Part shown: positions 13,449 to 26,575 of the stretch, piece by piece
Layout: every line of letters begins with the position of its first letter
Position numbering within the stretch: position 1 is the stretch's first letter
Assembly (NCBI RefSeq): GCF_006345805.1
Contig: NC_043003.1
Coordinates: forward strand, 50,530,001 to 50,594,000
DNA length: 64,000 nucleotides
Source: Octopus sinensis
Taxonomy: Eukaryota
Direction: 5' to 3'
Notes under the pieces: generated by a model
Databases searched by the model: none
The model's input: only the letters and a program-made list of their open reading frames with translations
What the model was told of the DNA's origin: nothing
Position numbers and translations under genes: made by a program

Positions 13449-14178
13449 GAGAGACAAGAAGGAGGAGATAATAGAGGACGAAGAAACATGATGTTTAAGA
13501 TTGGAAAAGAAAAAACGACAACGGTGGACGGGGTTGTATACTTTGGGCAACGTTTAAAATAATCCATACAATACTTACAATTTAACGTTAGCTTTTGTCA
13601 ATTCTTATTATATACAATATACCGGAAGTTGTTCTTCGTTGTGTATGTTATTAGTCAATGCACAGGAAACTACAAAACGTTTGTATGTTTCTTGTCATTT
13701 CCGGAAAGTGAATAAAAGCCTCTAACATATTTAATTAAATGGTCTTTAGTATGGTAATTTTGGTAATTTAGGTTAATTAATAAAATTTGAGAGGAGTAAA
13801 AAAAAAAAAATTATTATTGTGTATTATTTTTATTTTGTTTTGTATTTTATTGATTGATTTTGTTTTCATATCCATTTAGATTATATTCCAGTAGAATGCG
13901 ATTTTTTTTATCAATTCCAAATGGAATTTCGGGTTTTGCTATATTTCTTTATAATTTTACTCGTCACACTGACTGAACAGCAGCCATGCTGAAGCACTAT
14001 CTTGAAGAATTTTGGTCGAACAAATCGACTCCAGTAACTTTCCTTTTTAAGTTTGGTACAAATTCTATCGGTCATTTTTGCCAAACAGCTGAGTTATAGG
14101 GGATCATAAAAAAAACGAACATCGGTTATCAAATGGTGGTGGGAGATAAACAAAAACATGCACAAATATATACATATA

Positions 14179-14227
<49 letters not shown>

Positions 14228-14705
14228 AAATAATTAAGATTCAGTTGAATTAGGTACTTTAAGTTGAGGCACCAAGTCAATCCAGTACTATCCGCACAGC
14301 TCGAAGTAAGGTGAATAAAAGGCAAATAAGTAACAAGGATGTCAAGACATTAGTGCATTACGCCCGTTTCAGGCGGCTCCATATAATCGATCAATGCAAA
14401 CATTACATCAATTTGAAATACATCGCCTTCCTCGGATGCATAAGACCATATAGGTTTTCAACACACAGGATACTCCATTATAATTTTTTAGCAAATTTTT
14501 CATCAGAACTAGAGAATGAAAGAATTGCATTCCTGTTGCTATTATCGTAGCAGAATGAACTTAGGGAGAAAATAACACAACTATAATTTGGAGTGGTAGA
14601 AGGGAATAACAACGGGGGTCATGAGATGGTAATATATCTACATTTATCTATCTCTTTATCACCATCAAAATATCTAATGCAGCTACATCCTTGTTATTTA
14701 TTTGT

Positions 14706-14741
<36 letters not shown>

Positions 14742-16171
14742 ATATAACAGGCTTCCACACAGTTTCCGTCTATCAAATTCATTGACTAAGTATTAGTCGA
14801 ACCGTGACTGCAGGAGAAGTCACTTGCCCAAAGTGCTGTGCAGTGGTACTGAACCCGAAACCACGTGGTTACAGAGCCAACTTCTTAAAAATATACCCAA
14901 TCTTGCGTTGACAGTTTTCTATATATGGATTTCTATTTCAAATACAGATTTTTTTAAAAACATTCCTTCAATCAATTTTATTTCATGAAGATATATTAAT
15001 TTTTTTATCACGCTGAAATTTTAAACTGAAACAATATATGTAAATCGATAGATTTCTTTACGTATTTCATTACTAATTATATTTTCTTTTTATTGGCTTT
15101 CAATTTATGATCAAAATTTTATTGCTCTTTAAAAAGTTTTATTCGATATTTTTTTTCCTTTGCGTTTGAAATCTGTCTTTCAGCGAGTTGGCAAAAGCGG
15201 TAGAACGTCGAACGAAATTTTTTTTGGTATTTCCTTTGAATCCTTACTTTCTGAGTTCAATTCAGCCTAGTTTAACTCTACTTTCATACATAGTTTAACT
15301 CTACTTTCTAGAACTCTACACTTCTAGAACAGACTGAGTGAGTGAATTGTCAGATTATCAGAAGGGATACTCTACGGTCCTTGTTTCGACACTTTGTTCA
15401 AATCTCGCTGTGGCCTACGTGGACGGAACACACCACCCGTCACCTGGTTTAACAACGTCACTGGGACAAGTGGCATTTCGTCTGTCTGTTATAGGCATTG
15501 CGCCTGTGATAGAACAGATCATTTCCAGCCACTGGGCTGTGGAGGTGCTAGAACCAGAGAAAAACATTGCTCTTAAATTTCCGCCAGTGATCCATACATC
15601 CAACATATAAGCGCAGTGTAATCAGAACGGTCATAACTTACTAAATTAATGCTGCAAATCATCGACTACAAAGAGATGACTTCCATAAAGTTTCATGATG
15701 TTGCTATTGCTCTTGTTTATTTCCATTTCGAATCTGTTTCTGCAGACATATGAATAAATGACATTTCAGTGATGAAATTTCTGCTATTTTATGGAGGACT
15801 GCGTTATCTAAATCTATCTCTTTGAGGTAGTAGGGTGTGATTCGAAGCAGTTCAAGTGACAGCGACCACTTACATGCTCCTTTGTTGGCTCTCTTGTCGA
15901 GGTTTCATATTAAACATTAATGCTGTAACGATGCGATAAGACAATATATCTGACTTTAAATGTCTTCCGTACACACACACATTCACCTTACCCGCCACAC
16001 ACATACGCACTCATATGTGTGGTACATATATATGTATGTATTTATAAATATATGTGTGAGTGTGTGTGTGTGTGTTGTGTGTGCATTTATGTATCTATGT
16101 ATATGTATGTACGTACGCCTGGATATGCATACATACATACATACATACATACATACATAATCTTTTATTAT

Positions 16172-16535
16172 TTTACTTGTTCAGTCATTTGACTGTGGCC
16201 ACGCTGGAGCACCGCCTTTAGTCGAGCAAATCGACCCCAGGACTTATTCTATGTAAGCCTACTACTTATTCTATCGGTCTCTTTTGCCGAACCACTAAGT
16301 TACGGGGACGTAAACACACCAGCATCGGTTGTCAAGCGATGTTGGGGACAAACACAGACACACAAACATATACGCATATACGACGGGATTCTTCAGTTTC
16401 CGTCTACCAAATCCACTCACAAGGTTTGGTCGGCCCGAGGCTATAGTAGAAGACACTTGCCCAAGGTACCACGCAGTGGGACTGAACCCGGAACCATGTG
16501 GTTGGTAAGCAAACTACTTACCACACAGCCACTCT
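16172..16535 (-). mobile_element. tRNA-derived CORE-type SINE family D
   Basis: Reverse complement begins gagtggctgtgtggtaagtag...ggttccgggttcagtccc, followed by CORE-like ccttgggcaagtgtcttc. Paralogues at 22446, 47164, 14745 and 55600. Confidence 0.85.
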
Positions 16536-16580
16536 TACACCTCTATGCCTATATATATATATATATATATAATATATATA

Positions 16581-16621
<41 letters not shown>

Positions 16622-17198
16622 TAATATATATATATATATCCATACAAAATATAGACAAGAAGTAAACTGCTCAGAAAAAGGAATATTTAGCAAGAATTAA
16701 CAGATTTTATTGTGAATGTGACAAGATCATATCCCAATTCCCATATTGCAACGGTACAATCATGTTAATACGATTCTTCAAGAAGTAGTTAGAGTCATGG
16801 GAGTTTTTGGGTGGTATTGATATGTGTCGCTGGTAAGTGGAATATAACAGGAGCTGATTGGTGTGTACATTGGTGGCAGTGAGTGGCACGGGTGGGAAGG
16901 AAATTTGTCATGTTTGTAGTTGAAAGATTGATAATTGTTTATTGAATTATTGATGAAGACCAGACATTTTATGTTCAAAAGCTTCATTGACTGAACTGTT
17001 TCATCTACAAGATTGATTCTTATTTCACTGATATCAGAAAGACAACAGCCGTGACGCCTCTGGTTATTGGAAATTGAACTCAGAACCTAGAGGGCACTTT
17101 AATATTTTGAGGAGGGGAAGACAGCTAGTTAGCGGAATTGTTAGTGCACCGATTAGAAATTCTTAGCAACATTTCGTCCATCCTTACGCGCTGATTTC

Positions 17199-17434
17199 AT
17201 ACCTATTTCTTTATTACCCACAAGGGGCTAAACATAGAGGGGACAAACAAGGACAGACATAGGTATTAAGTCGATTACATCTACCCCAGTACGTAACTGG
17301 TACTTAATTTATCGACCCCGAAAGGATGAAAGACAAAGTCGACCTCGGCGGAATTTGAACTCAGAACGCAGCGGCGGACGAAATACTGCAAAGCATTTCG
17401 TCCGGCGTGCTAACGATTCTGCCAGCTCGCCGCC
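17199..17434 (-). mobile_element. SINE family A, full length (tail A), inserted in an older plus-strand SINE head
   Basis: Complete head-core-tail; the left flank 17110-17198 is a degraded head (gttagtgcaccg...atttcgtcc). Confidence 0.85.
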
Positions 17435-18396
17435 TTACGATGGTTGTAATCATACCATTTTGCTTGTCTATTTCTTTGGGACGTTAAGTAAATGACTAAA
17501 CAAAAATAGCAATTGGTGGTGTAATCCTTTGTACAGGGAGGATAGGATGGATAAATAATAAAAGCAAAAATAATAGTGAGATACAAGAATAGATTTTAGT
17601 CGAAGTGGTGAAGGTTTTAGATTAATCATAATAATATATAATAATTGTGTTTTTAGTACCAATTAAGAGTCTTAATCATAATAAAGTGCTAATCGAATAA
17701 ATATTCCACCTTTGTTCGAAGTGAGATAGGCCAAGGTCCAGTGTTCAATGTAATTGGTCAACTGAAATTTAAAAACAAAAGACCAGCTATTGAGACCGTT
17801 ATACGGGGTAAGTTAAATAAATAAATGAATAGGAAAATGGTGTAAGTTGTAAGGGGCCCTAAAGTTCTTAGGATAGCAAATACTAGATTTAAAAAATGAT
17901 AATAATATTATGGAATAAATATTAAGCGAGGAATCTATTCGAACATTTAGGAAGTAAGGCGGTTGGGATTGAAAATGGTGCAAAAGTTTGTTTTTAATAG
18001 GAATATGAAATTAGTTAAAAACAATAAAACGAATTTATTCAGTAGGGAAATCATGGAAATATTTGTGGTTAAGGGAGCGGCAATAACCAGGGTAAGTGAC
18101 CATAATTAGGGACTGCTTGTTGCCATCCAGTGTACCTAAACAATGAGATGACTAGCCCAACAAACAACTAAATTTCCAGCAATCTATAAATCAGTCAGCC
18201 CAGTGGTCAATTAAATAAATAAAAGTGGATATCCCTAATTGAATTAATGATTACAATTTATAATTAAAATTTTAAATTAAATTACTTGCAGATTGCCTTT
18301 TTGTCTTTACAGATGTAAGTTCTTACTGCAATTTGCCCAGGCAATAATTGATGTAAGTCAATTGTCGTTCATCAATAGTTCTCCATTTTCTGTTTT

Positions 18397-18427
<31 letters not shown>

Positions 18428-18460
18428 CGTGTGTGTCTGTTTAATTCAGTGTTCGTTTCA

Positions 18461-18813
18461 CAGGATGGTAATATTGCCTAGAGTGTATATTTGCAAAAAC
18501 TATAACGACATAGAATATGGAGATTTGTTCATTCTCAAAATTTATTTCCTTTTATTTTACAATGTCATACGGCATGTTTTTATGGTTACGACGACCTACA
18601 CGTGTTTCCACTGCACAGAAGATTATGCCCGGTTGCTTACGCAACTACCCATACTCTGTGCAGTAGAAACACGGGTAGGTCATATTAACTATAAAAATAT
18701 GCTGTATGATATTGTAAAATGAAGTATAATAAATTTTGAGGATGTACCAGTCTCCACATTCTATACCGTTGTTGTTATTGCAAATATACACTCCAGATAA
18801 TACCACCATCCTG
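18461..18813. mobile_element. Fold-back MITE-like element
   Basis: About 165-bp imperfect inverted arms, caggatggt...ctgcacagaag and ctctgtgcag...accatcctg, around a loop of about 25 bp. Confidence 0.75.
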
Positions 18814-18979
18814 TTAGGTGAACATGGAGTTACCGATCGGAGGAATTTATAGCGTGAGTGACAAACCTTTGTAGTCATACACGTTAAATACTGATCGACG
18901 CGGTTAGCCATAACTTGGAACATAACTGAGCGTTATCATTGTCCGCCCGGACAAGATATCCCTCTAATATATATAGATA

Positions 18980-19430
18980 TGTTATAATGTGGATCCTCGT
19001 CCAGTTGTATGTTGCTGTCGGCACTGTAATATTGTTGTCGCTACCATTATGTTGTGGCGGTATTCAGCGTCTTTTATCTTTGACTCGTCTTTCCTGCTAT
19101 CGCTGATATCTCCGCTAGATAATGACTTTGAAACATTTACCTTGACGATAACTCGAACTCGTATATATCACGTAACTGACACTGACTCCAAATGAGATCT
19201 CGTACAACGACTGACTGTCGTTCACTACAACATCTCCCCTTTCAGTTTTTTTTCTTTGAGAAGCAATTCGCCCCTCCTCCCTTTTTAGCATTTTTTGTTC
19301 CCAATCTGATGTTTTCTTTTTCGCCTCTATTTGTAGGAACTGTTTGTTCTTATTTCTTCCACTTGTACGCGTGGGTTCAAACACCTGTAACGATGTTGAT
19401 ACCTGGGATGCATCATACAGCCATTCCATA
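18980..19430 (-). mobile_element. LTR retrotransposon 3' end: LTR 18980-19232, PPT 19233-19243, short internal remnant
   Basis: On the minus strand the purine tract gaaaggggaga directly precedes TGTTGTAG, and the LTR ends ...ttataACA (canonical TG...CA). Confidence 0.65.
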
Positions 19431-19850
19431 GATTATTCTAATCTGTCTGGTTCATTTTCTATGAATGTATTCTTCAGTTGGTTTCTGTGTCTTTTTCAAT
19501 ACCGTTTCTTCTTTTAATTAAGTATATCATTTTCCTTATATACTTTGTAATTTTGTCTTCTTCCCAGTATTTTTTTCCGTTTTTATACGACTTCATATAC
19601 ACCTTATCCAGCGATTTAAAAAAATTTTGGATTGTCTATCCTGATATTTTTTCTTTCTTCGCCAGGTAACAGTTTATCAAAGACTGATTTCACTTTCCTT
19701 GTGAACATCAGTTCTACTGGTGAGATTCCTGCTGTGTATTGGGGTTCCATGTCACCCTGTATACCCTTAGGAATTGCTGCAGAGCGATTTCGTCTGTGGC
19801 TTCCTTCTTTGCTTTTCTCAGAGCTCTTTTAAAATTGTCCGTGAACATAT

Positions 19851-20078
19851 AAGGAAACATTTTTTTTAAAATACAGAATGCTCAAATGAAAGAAAATTTT
19901 AATAAAATGAGAAATTGTTTTGTCATTTCTCATTTTTATTAAAATTTTCATTTTTCAAAATTTTCAAAATTTTCAAAATTTTCATTTTTCAAAAATTTTC
20001 AAAATTTTCACAATTTCTCATTTTATTAAAATTTTCTTTCATTTGAGCATTCTGCATTTTTAAAAAAAATTTTCCTTA
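19851..20078. repeat. AT-rich fold-back with about 70-bp inverted termini and an internal ttttcaaaa tandem array
   Basis: cagaatgctcaaatgaaagaaaattttaataaaatgagaaattgt versus acaatttctcattttattaaaattttctttcatttgagcattctg. Confidence 0.8.
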
Positions 20079-20178
20079 CTTATATATAGGGAGAGTTTAC
20101 GAAAAAAACAAAAGACGAAGACAGGTGGTGTACAAAACAAACAGATGTATTAGTATAACGCTAAGGAATAGAAAAAGT

Positions 20179-20214
20179 CTTTTACGTTTCGAGCCTACGC
20201 TCTTCTACAGAAAG
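20179..20214 (-). ncRNA. Minimal type-I hammerhead-like motif with A6U core variant
   Basis: Reverse complement: cttt CTGTAGA a gagc gtag gctc GAAA cg TA aaag. Helix I cttt/aaag, helix II gagc/gctc, palindromic ACGT helix III, GUA site. Confidence 0.65.
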
Positions 20215-20254
20215 GGACACAGAAAAAACAAGGAGAGAAAAATTTGTGTAGTGG

Positions 20255-20310
<56 letters not shown>

Positions 20311-20859
20311 TCGCCCGAGGTTTCAGTGCAGGGCAAAGTACGACATAGGAGGACTGAACCTGAAATCGCGTGGTTGCGAAACGAACTTCGTGACTAAGCA
20401 GACCTGACTAGATAATAGATGCACATTCACTGATATATATAAATGCTGAGTGCACAAAAACTCAGCAAGTCGTCGGTGTTATGATTTTCTTCACAATATG
20501 AACTAAACAAACGAGAAAAAGACTTTAGATATATTAAAAAAAGAAAATATGCAATACTTACCACATTCTGTGTATGTGTGTGTAAAATGTACATATATAC
20601 GTGTGTATATTATATATACATATACCCACATGTACATTATATCCATAACCATATACACACATATATACACACACGCACAAAAATACACGCGCTCGCAGAC
20701 ACACACACGTATATGTATGCACGCACACATACATACATACATACAGTGTGCGATGGGTAAATTGTCACTATTTTATATTTTTAACTTCGCGCATGTGCAT
20801 TGTTTATTTTTTATTTTGTCGACTAAAGAGTATGGTAGGGTCAGTTAGACACTGTCTGT

Positions 20860-21040
20860 GAGAAAAACAGCACCATGGTGCAGTTCAGTCTACCGAAGTA
20901 GTCTGGAGGTCGTGGTTGAAGCCAATGGCGATTTTGTTGAGTAAATTTACTCTTTAGTGTTTCAATATATTTTTTATGTAATTTTGGTAAATATATGTTA
21001 AAATGAGATGTCAGTTTTACGACAGTTTATTCACCGCACC

Positions 21041-21043
<3 letters not shown>
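20860..21043 (+). mobile_element. Tc1/mariner-superfamily 3' end remnant
   Basis: Translates ...YRSSLEVVVEANGDFVE* (compare RLEAVVEAxGGYIE*) and ends in the TIR-like ttattcaccgcaccctg followed by TA. Confidence 0.65.
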
Positions 21044-21084
<41 letters not shown>

Positions 21085-21355
21085 GCTGTCTATATATATG
21101 CATGCATATTATATGTATATATATTGTGTATTTATATTATATATACATATATATATATATATTTATATATACTTATATATGCATATACATAAAAATAAGT
21201 TTATATATATTTGTGTAAGTATACCTACAAATATATATATATATATATATAGATATATATACCTGTGTGTATATATATAATAATAATAAATCTCTGAGTG
21301 AGGTATACATATATACATATAAGCCTATACATACATATTATATGTAAATATATAC

Positions 21356-21397
<42 letters not shown>

Positions 21398-22104
21398 CCA
21401 TATATCTAGTTTCAACATCATCAACAAGAACGTTGACGACAGTTTGAGCATCTGAATGGCTTGCACACAACGTACCTATTATATGCTTTTTCGTTCCTTC
21501 TTCCAATTCTTTCTTCCCCTCTTTACCCCCCCCCCGCTCTTTTCTAGAGGTCTAAAGTGTTTATTTCAGTACATTGCTGTATAATGAATTAAACCTCATG
21601 TCGACCGCAGACCATTGAATGAACAAGTCAGATTACAATATTATCTGGGTGCTGATATTTTCTACACCAACAACCATTTTCATTGCTATATAAACAATTG
21701 TACCTGTGTGAAACTAAATCTCTGATTTCAGTTGACAAAACAGGATTTATTATTAAATCTTACATGGTTTTTATTTATTTTATTTATGAATTTATGAAGG
21801 TTTTATGGTTTTATTTCGTTTTGTGTTTCTTTCTTACAAAATTTCAGCAACTTCTGTGTTACTCTTATTTCCGCCTGTTTCAGCTATTTCGGTTTCACAG
21901 CAACAATGGTTCTATTGTGTATTTCAACAGAAATATTTGTAGCACTTCGTATCTCTTCTGTTCTCTGTTTCTCCGTGTCACCGTCTCTTTCGCTACCGAC
22001 ATTTTCTGTTTAGTATTTTAAGGCGTTTTCCTTGTTCGACACTTTCATTAGTTAACATATTCAGTTAAAGAAAATCACAAACAGACCTGAATGTGAAAGG
22101 AAAT

Positions 22105-22144
<40 letters not shown>

Positions 22145-22445
22145 AAAAAAGGAAAGAATAAGAAGGAAGAAAAGATGCCAGCTAATAAGCATAATGAAAA
22201 GAAATGAGAAAATAAGAGAGAAGAAAACGATGCAAAATATCCGGGCCACTTTTCAATATATTCAGCTATTTAGTTTTGTCACGATTTAAATACAGAATAA
22301 ATGCTATTATATTAAAATAAATTATGAAGATAGAACATGCCCGCAAACACGCATGTACACACATACACACACGTCATGCACACACATACACATTGCACGT
22401 AGAGGCCCCCATTCAAGCGCGCCTACTGCGGTATACGTAGGTGCA

Positions 22446-22613
22446 GGCATAGCTGTGGGCTTAAGAAGTTCGCTTCGTAATCACATGATTGCAGCTTGCT
22501 TCCCACCAACATGATTTCGGGTTCAGTCTCACTGCGCGGCATCTTGAGCGAGTGTCTCCTACTATAGCTTTGGGACGGCCAAAACCTTGTGAATGGATTT
22601 TGCATGTGTGTGC

Positions 22614-22658
<45 letters not shown>

Positions 22659-22945
22659 TGTGTGTGTGTGTGCGTGTGTGTGTGCGTATGTGTTTGTCCC
22701 CTGCCACCGCTTGACAACCGATGCTGTTGTTGTATGTCCCCGTAACTTAGCGGTTCGACTAAAGAGAGCGATTGAATAAATACTAGGCTGACATAGAAGA
22801 AATCCTGGGGTTTCGATTCCCAGACCGGGCATTGTGAGTGTTTATTGAGCAAAAACACCTAAGCTCCACGGGGCTCCAGCGGGGGAGGGGGTGAACCCCG
22901 CTGTACTCTTTCACCACAACTTTCTCTCACTCTTTCTTTCTACTT
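22446..22945 (+). mobile_element. SINE family D with internal (TG)n, followed by a 5'-truncated family B copy (22808-22945)
   Basis: ttcgggttcagtctcactgcgcggcatcttgagcgagtgtc...; then gggtttcgattcccagaccgggc. Confidence 0.8.
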
Positions 22946-23231
22946 CTGTCGCAAAGCAGAGGAACCATGGTGTAACCTACTATGTTGTGGTAGTAAACTT
23001 TCAGACCCGAGTTTAGATTGCGAATCCTCTGTTCCCCAGGATGGTTTAGCTCTCCACCCGTTAAAAGCCACCGTTTACGGAATGAGGATAACAACGTAGC
23101 TTTCGCGCCCGTGCAATCGCCAGTGTATCGCGTGTGGCGGGTGGATCTTCAAGTTGCCACACGCATTCTTAGTAGCTTAGAGTAGGCTCGAATTAGAGAT
23201 TATTCTTTGTGGCTAATGGCGTGAGTCCTGG

Positions 23232-23289
23232 GAAGAAGAAGAAGAAGAAGAAGAAGGAGAAGGAGAAGAAGAAGAAGAAGAAGAAGAAG

Positions 23290-23321
<32 letters not shown>

Positions 23322-23331
23322 GAAGAAGAAG
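23232..23331. repeat. (GAA)n microsatellite
   Basis: Direct inspection. Confidence 0.95.
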
Positions 23332-24215
23332 CGTCACCGCCTGCGAACAGATCAGCATTGCAGGAGCACAACAAAGAAAACCCGAACTGCGCTAGACCAC
23401 TAGTTCCTGACCTGCGGCACAACCTTCCGAGTATGCATCTGTCTGTTTGGCCACATCCAGACATGTCTTGACTCGTCTTCTCCCATGTGATGTCCTTGTA
23501 CATCCCGACAACGACGAACGATCTAATACTATTTGTATGTGTGTATATATATGTATATCAACCAACGTCGGATATGGGAACCAGCACATTCGAACAAGAG
23601 TATACAGTGATACTAATGCAGACTTTATTATCATCCCTATGAAAATGTTTGCTTTGCAATTTATCTCTTCCAATACCAATGAAATGAGTGCCGGCAATGC
23701 AGTTTTCGAGCGAGGTCATAGTCTAAGGAAGAATAAAATGTGACATTATTCAAAGTGGTAAAATGCGTGACACAAATTCGTTTCAGTAACTTAAGATGTA
23801 TCGATCCGTCTACTAAATTGAGGTTGGGTAAAAAATCCCGCACCAAAACATTTTGCATTTTATATATATTACATTACTGTCATTATTATTCATTTTGTTC
23901 ATCATGCACAAATACGTGTGTATTCACCATTATATTTATTTATTTCATTGGATTTAAAAAAAATTAAAGCCTGTTTGACAATTCGGGAACGTATTAAACT
24001 TATTGGTGCGTCACTTTAGGCCCATCCTGAACATTAAGACGAAAGGACGGTCATGGAATCTAACGATAAAAAAGTGTGACTCCCTTTGATGGATACTTCT
24101 TATCATCAAATATCAAGCAATTATATTCATCTGTTACGCTTGTGCGTGGGATAAATAATTAAAGAATGAAAATATATTCCTATTTTCAGAGTAAACAGTC
24201 ACAACACGAATATAC

Positions 24216-24248
<33 letters not shown>

Positions 24249-24596
24249 GCCACACATCTACACACGTGTTGTGTGGTTTCCAACACTAATAAAATATAAA
24301 TACACATGTGGTTTCAGTTAATCACTGAAAGGTTTCATTGTTTTCCCCGAGGTACTGATTTAATTTCAAAATATATGTATTGTAAAGGTTCATCCAACAG
24401 CAGGGTAGCTGGGTGGGAAACAGAAATAATTCTTCTCTGAAATTCTAAACTGTATCTCGACAATTACGTTTCACATTCGCAGCAGGAATAATGACAGATG
24501 CCTTACAAAAAAACACTGAACAGCAGTACTGTTCATGTGTTAATAGCAGATTAATGCCATCGCTTCAGGTTCACCCCCACCATAAATACACATACA

Positions 24597-24634
<38 letters not shown>

Positions 24635-24681
24635 TGTGTGTGTAGGTGTGTGTGTGTTTATGTGTGCGTGCGTGTGTGTGT

Positions 24682-24995
24682 GAAATGCGTGGTTTAGTGG
24701 TTAGAGCATTCGTAAGGTTGTGAGTTCAATTCCCGGCGACGCGTTGTGTCCTTGAACAGAAACACTTTATTTCCCGTTGCTCTACTCCACTCAGCTGGCA
24801 AAAATGAGTAGTACCTGTAATTCAAAGGGCCAGCCTTGTCACACTGTGTCATGCTGAATCTCCCTGAGAACTACGTTAAGGGTACACATGTCTGTGGAGT
24901 GCTCAGCCACAGTGTCTGTGGAGTGCTCACACGAGCAAGCTGTTCAGTTGATCGTATCAACTGGGACCCTTGTCGTCATAGCAGACGGAATGCTC
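24682..24995 (+). mobile_element. tRNA-derived CORE SINE family C
   Basis: Head gcgtggtttagtggttag...gagttcaattccc; CORE-like ttgtgtccttgaacagaaacac...cagctggcaaaaatgagt; tail gtacctgtaattcaaagggccagccttgtcac is shared with 30380. Confidence 0.8.
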
Positions 24996-25042
24996 TTAAA
25001 TATATATACACACGCACACACACATATATATATATATGTATG

Positions 25043-25079
<37 letters not shown>

Positions 25080-25479
25080 GCATAAGTGTGTGTGTATATT
25101 TATTTATCTATTTATTTATTACAGTCACTTTACTGCGGCCATGCTGGGGCACCGCATTGAAAGCTTGGTACCTATTCTACTGGTTGTCTTTTGCCAAACC
25201 GCTGAGCTACGGAGACGTAAACAAACTAATACCAGTTGTCAATCGGTGTGGCGTACAAACACACCCACTATACAAACAATTTTCCACGTGAGTTAAAAGA
25301 ACGCCTTTATCCCTTCAAAAATCCCAGTAACCCTTTTGTACGGCCAGATAAAAAAAATTTATCGCTTATATAATTTTCTCTTAAATTAAAAACTTGTTCA
25401 GACATATTCTTGGAAACAGAAGGATAAATGAAAATAAATATAATGCGGAAAGTAACTTGAATACCATCTTTCTACGCAG

Positions 25480-26290
25480 ACACAACAGTAAAATCATTAC
25501 CGAGAATTGTTGGAGTTATCGATGGTCTTTCTTGGTGGTATTCTGAAGAACGGGATGCCGTTTCATACACCAAGAGCTGCAAGTCAAGCTAGGTGGATGT
25601 CAAAAGCAATTCACGCCTTCAAGATATACCTGTTTCAAGATCATTTTCAATTATCTCCTGGGGAGAAGAACTCTTTAAGAATAATATGTATTTTTCTTGC
25701 TCCAGTGTATGTTCGTGCCTGGTTTCTGTCATCAGAAGCAATTAAAGCACCTTATCAGGATTTCCTATTCATGCGTCAACTGATAAATTATCAAGGTATT
25801 GATCCAGAAATCAGTAAGGATGCTGCGAAAATATTCTCCCACCATCTCTGGTACTTAGCTACCGAAACTGTGGTTCTATCCATATTTGATGACAATGTTC
25901 CAACAGAGGTGAAGATAAATGTTGCACAAGTTATGCTGGAAGCAGACACAGGTGAAGTAGAGAAAGAAGAAAAATTAAGTGAAGTGGTACATTCTGCACC
26001 AAAATGACTTTTCTTCCTTTACAAACATCTAGTTTTCGTCTTTTGTAATTCCTGGTACAAAAACTTTCTTCATGAGATTTTCTATCAGCACCGATTTCCT
26101 CGACAAAGACCATTCAACATGGAAGAATGATCCTAGTTACAAAAGTGGACTTGAAAAACTTGAGAAGACAATTGTTGTGAATGATGCTGCAGAAAGAGGT
26201 GTCAAACTCATTCAGGATTACAATAACATTCTCATAAAAGATGAAACAATTTGTTTTACAGATCGTTACCGAAAACCGTAAAACAGGCTC
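25480..26290 (+). pseudogene. Decayed DNA-transposon transposase, hAT-superfamily-like (possibly hATm-type)
   Basis: Frameshifted HYRELLELSMVFLGG...ARWMSKAIHAFKIYLF...HHLWYLATETVVLSIFDD...IVVNDAAERGVKLIQDYN, a widespread invertebrate transposase family. The subfamily assignment is inference; TIRs not found. Confidence 0.7.
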
Positions 26291-26575
26291 AATTGCCACT
26301 AAATTTTCTCTTATGCAAAAATATTTAATATTCAGCGTCCAGTGTTCACATTATGTTTTTGATTCTACAGAAAGTATTGTTGTACATAAAAATACGTTTT
26401 CTCTCATAGAAATTGTGTGCTTTATTAAGAAAACCTAATATTTCTTAAGCTTTTCCTCTTCTTTCAGGAATTTTTCGAATTAGCTATTGGTAAATTTGAT
26501 TCAGAACATTTTTAAACATCTGTTGGGGTTGCCTGGAAGAAAAGAAAAAGGAAAATTGTCGAGAAAAGGAACAGT

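Noticed and set aside
22948-23030. Possible HDV-like pseudoknot (tcgcaa/ttgcga and gcagagga/tcctctgt with cgaa)
   Set aside because: No P3-L3 or P4 in the required order; probably chance pairing.
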